A stretch of DNA of 64,000 nucleotides from Rhodosorus marinus CCMP1338. Taxonomy: Eukaryota; Plantae; Rhodophyta. Location of the stretch: NCBI GenBank assembly GCA_029953675.1, contig JAMWBK010000003.1, positions 1,364,001 through 1,428,000 on the forward strand, in the 5' to 3' direction. Shown here in pieces: positions 62,132 to 64,000 of the stretch (position 1 is the first letter of the stretch; each line of letters begins with the position of its first letter). The notes under the pieces are model-generated. The model was not told the origin of the DNA, did not search any database, and saw only the letters and a list, made by a program, of their open reading frames with translations. Both the position numbers and the translations under genes were made by a program.

Positions 62132-63585
62132 ATGGAGAGGAGGCTAGAGCACGAGGCTTCGGAACTTCCGTTGTTGCCACGGAGACTGTCGCTTAGTGAG
62201 CTCAGTGACGGGGATCTGGGTGCTCCAATCAGTCCGCTCCGGTCTCCTGGACGCAGGCTGCTCAGAAGCGAGTCCACTAGGTTGAGAGCAAATATAGCCG
62301 AACACGTGCAAAGGTGAGTAAAATGAGTCGGATAGTATTTTCAATTGGCAAACGACGCCCGGGGGGAGCGTGGGGCATCGTGTGCACACGCTCGCACGGG
62401 TTCGGACATTGACGACGATTCTTTCCTGATTGCTTATGGCCCATGCTTTTGTCATTTCTCGCTCAGGGATTTAATGCCGGCGGGCCGCCTGTTTTCAGTT
62501 TGCCTGGTTTCATGCGAGCTTGTCGCGGAAATTGCGGTTTTGGCATCGGATTGGAACCCAAAATGCGCTCTCCCGTTGAAGAGCTGGACTTTATATTTAA
62601 TGTGTTTACAGATTGTGTATGTGAATCTTAGTTTATTGAGTATCTATTATGCGAGAATACTGAGTCGAAGTATCCGCCATGATGATCAGAGCAATGATGA
62701 GCTTTCTTCTCGTGTGAGTAGCCGAAATGAGGATTCAACAACACCGCTAGGCCGGAACAATAGTAGCATAGAGGTAGAACGCCCGCGGGGAAGCGTGGCG
62801 ACTACCACCGCCGTGTTAGAACGAGCAGCCCAGGTCGCAGCTGGCGTCCGCATGGTGAACGCGCTGTACTTGATCCTATTCGGAATTGGGTCAGTCCTCG
62901 TTACTCAAGCAGGATCATGCGTAAGTATCTTCGCACACAGCCAAACCAGTTTCGCCCCATTGCGACCTGTACTTCGAGCCAGAAACGCGGACTAATTGAT
63001 GAGGGTGTGGGTTTTTTTTCGTCTTCATTTAACATATGCTACAATGCTACAATAGATCAAGACTGATCCGGATCTATACCGTCTCGTGCTTGCCCTCACC
63101 GTTATCTACTACGGCCTGCTTGGGTTGCCTCTGGCTTGCTTCTGTCTAATGCTTTGCTGGCTGCCGGGCTTCTTCCGATTTATACCTGTTTACCTGTCGG
63201 AAAGATGCAACAGACAGTCGCGGATGGCATCATCGAAGAGAATCGAAGATCTCCCACAGACAGATTTCGATCCGGATAATTTCGACAGTAACCATGATGC
63301 GAGTTGTGTCATTTGCTTGAATCCCTATGAACTTGGTGAAAAGTTGCGGACTCTGCCGTGCAAAGTGAGTATCTCATTGCATCTCTGGGATTGCTAAGTT
63401 ATGATTAGACTCGTGGAGGAATACTCCGGAAAGAATCGCTTCTGACGCCGTTGTGTGCTATCACAATTTCCACCGTATAGCATGACTACCATAGCGAGTG
63501 TGTAGATCACTGGTTGTTGATAGACAAGTCATGCCCACTATGCAAGCAGGACATCGATTCGGGAGAAACGGACTCGGATGTCTAG
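62132..63585 (+). CDS. Membrane-bound RING-H2 E3 ubiquitin ligase, multi-exon
   Basis: Several TM helices, then CVICLNPYELGEKLRTLPCK|HDYHSECVDHWLLIDKSCPLCK (C3H2C3 RING). Confidence 0.93.
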
Positions 63586-64000
63586 AGGGAACGAGTGACC
63601 TTGACTAGGATGACAGAGTGTGTTGATCGTTATTCGACGAGGAATAAATTTAACTGTACATTGGGTAGATCACCATGGTTGAAAAGACAACTTTCTCGAG
63701 CACAGAAACTCCGCCGCGCTCTCAAAAGCGCATGTTCGCACAACTGTCGCAGGAGCGGAAGTTTTTCCAACAGAACTACTTGATTTGCTAGTATACATAG
63801 GGGAAAGCAGCCATAGGAGTTCAGGTTTGGTTTCGGCTGAAGATCAGATCGTCCGTGTACTGTCTCCAGCGCCAATTCGTGTTGTTCGACCCAGCCATAA
63901 GAAAACCACTCCACCTCGTACCCGAAAAATATGGGTCACGTCTCCGCTCTTACCGAATGTGTGCAAGCTTTTGGGTATTCGAATTCTAGGGCATCACTCA

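Overview
Eukaryotic nuclear DNA with frequent short GT-AG introns. A red alga is the best guess, because two nuclear genes begin with MAF-type plastid transit peptides; the species cannot be fixed from sequence alone. The first ~9.6 kb is mostly decayed retroelements: a Ty1/Copia RT fragment, a truncated Ty3/Gypsy element (LTR-gag-PR-RT), two inverted gag relics and several CRE-like non-LTR fragments with restriction-like endonuclease (RLE) motifs. Three of those fragments are stacked head-to-tail and share a conserved 3' terminus. The rest is a gene-dense arm encoding ArfGAP, a WD40 protein, an ABHD4/5-like hydrolase, cathepsin X/Z, UBA5, PEP carboxylase, DUF819, an M48-like peptidase, an orphan acidic protein, a plastid thioredoxin-like protein, PP1, an akirin-like protein, a KP-43-type subtilase, an mS41/IGR-like protein, an ARID-ARM SWI/SNF subunit, THOC1 and a RING-H2 ligase. 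A second, scrambled relic of the same Gypsy family lies near 60 kb. No rRNA, tRNA or CRISPR was seen. CDS coordinates are outer bounds of spliced genes read by eye. The best candidates for follow-up are the stacked CRE-like array, the membrane-anchored cathepsin X and the akirin-like gene.
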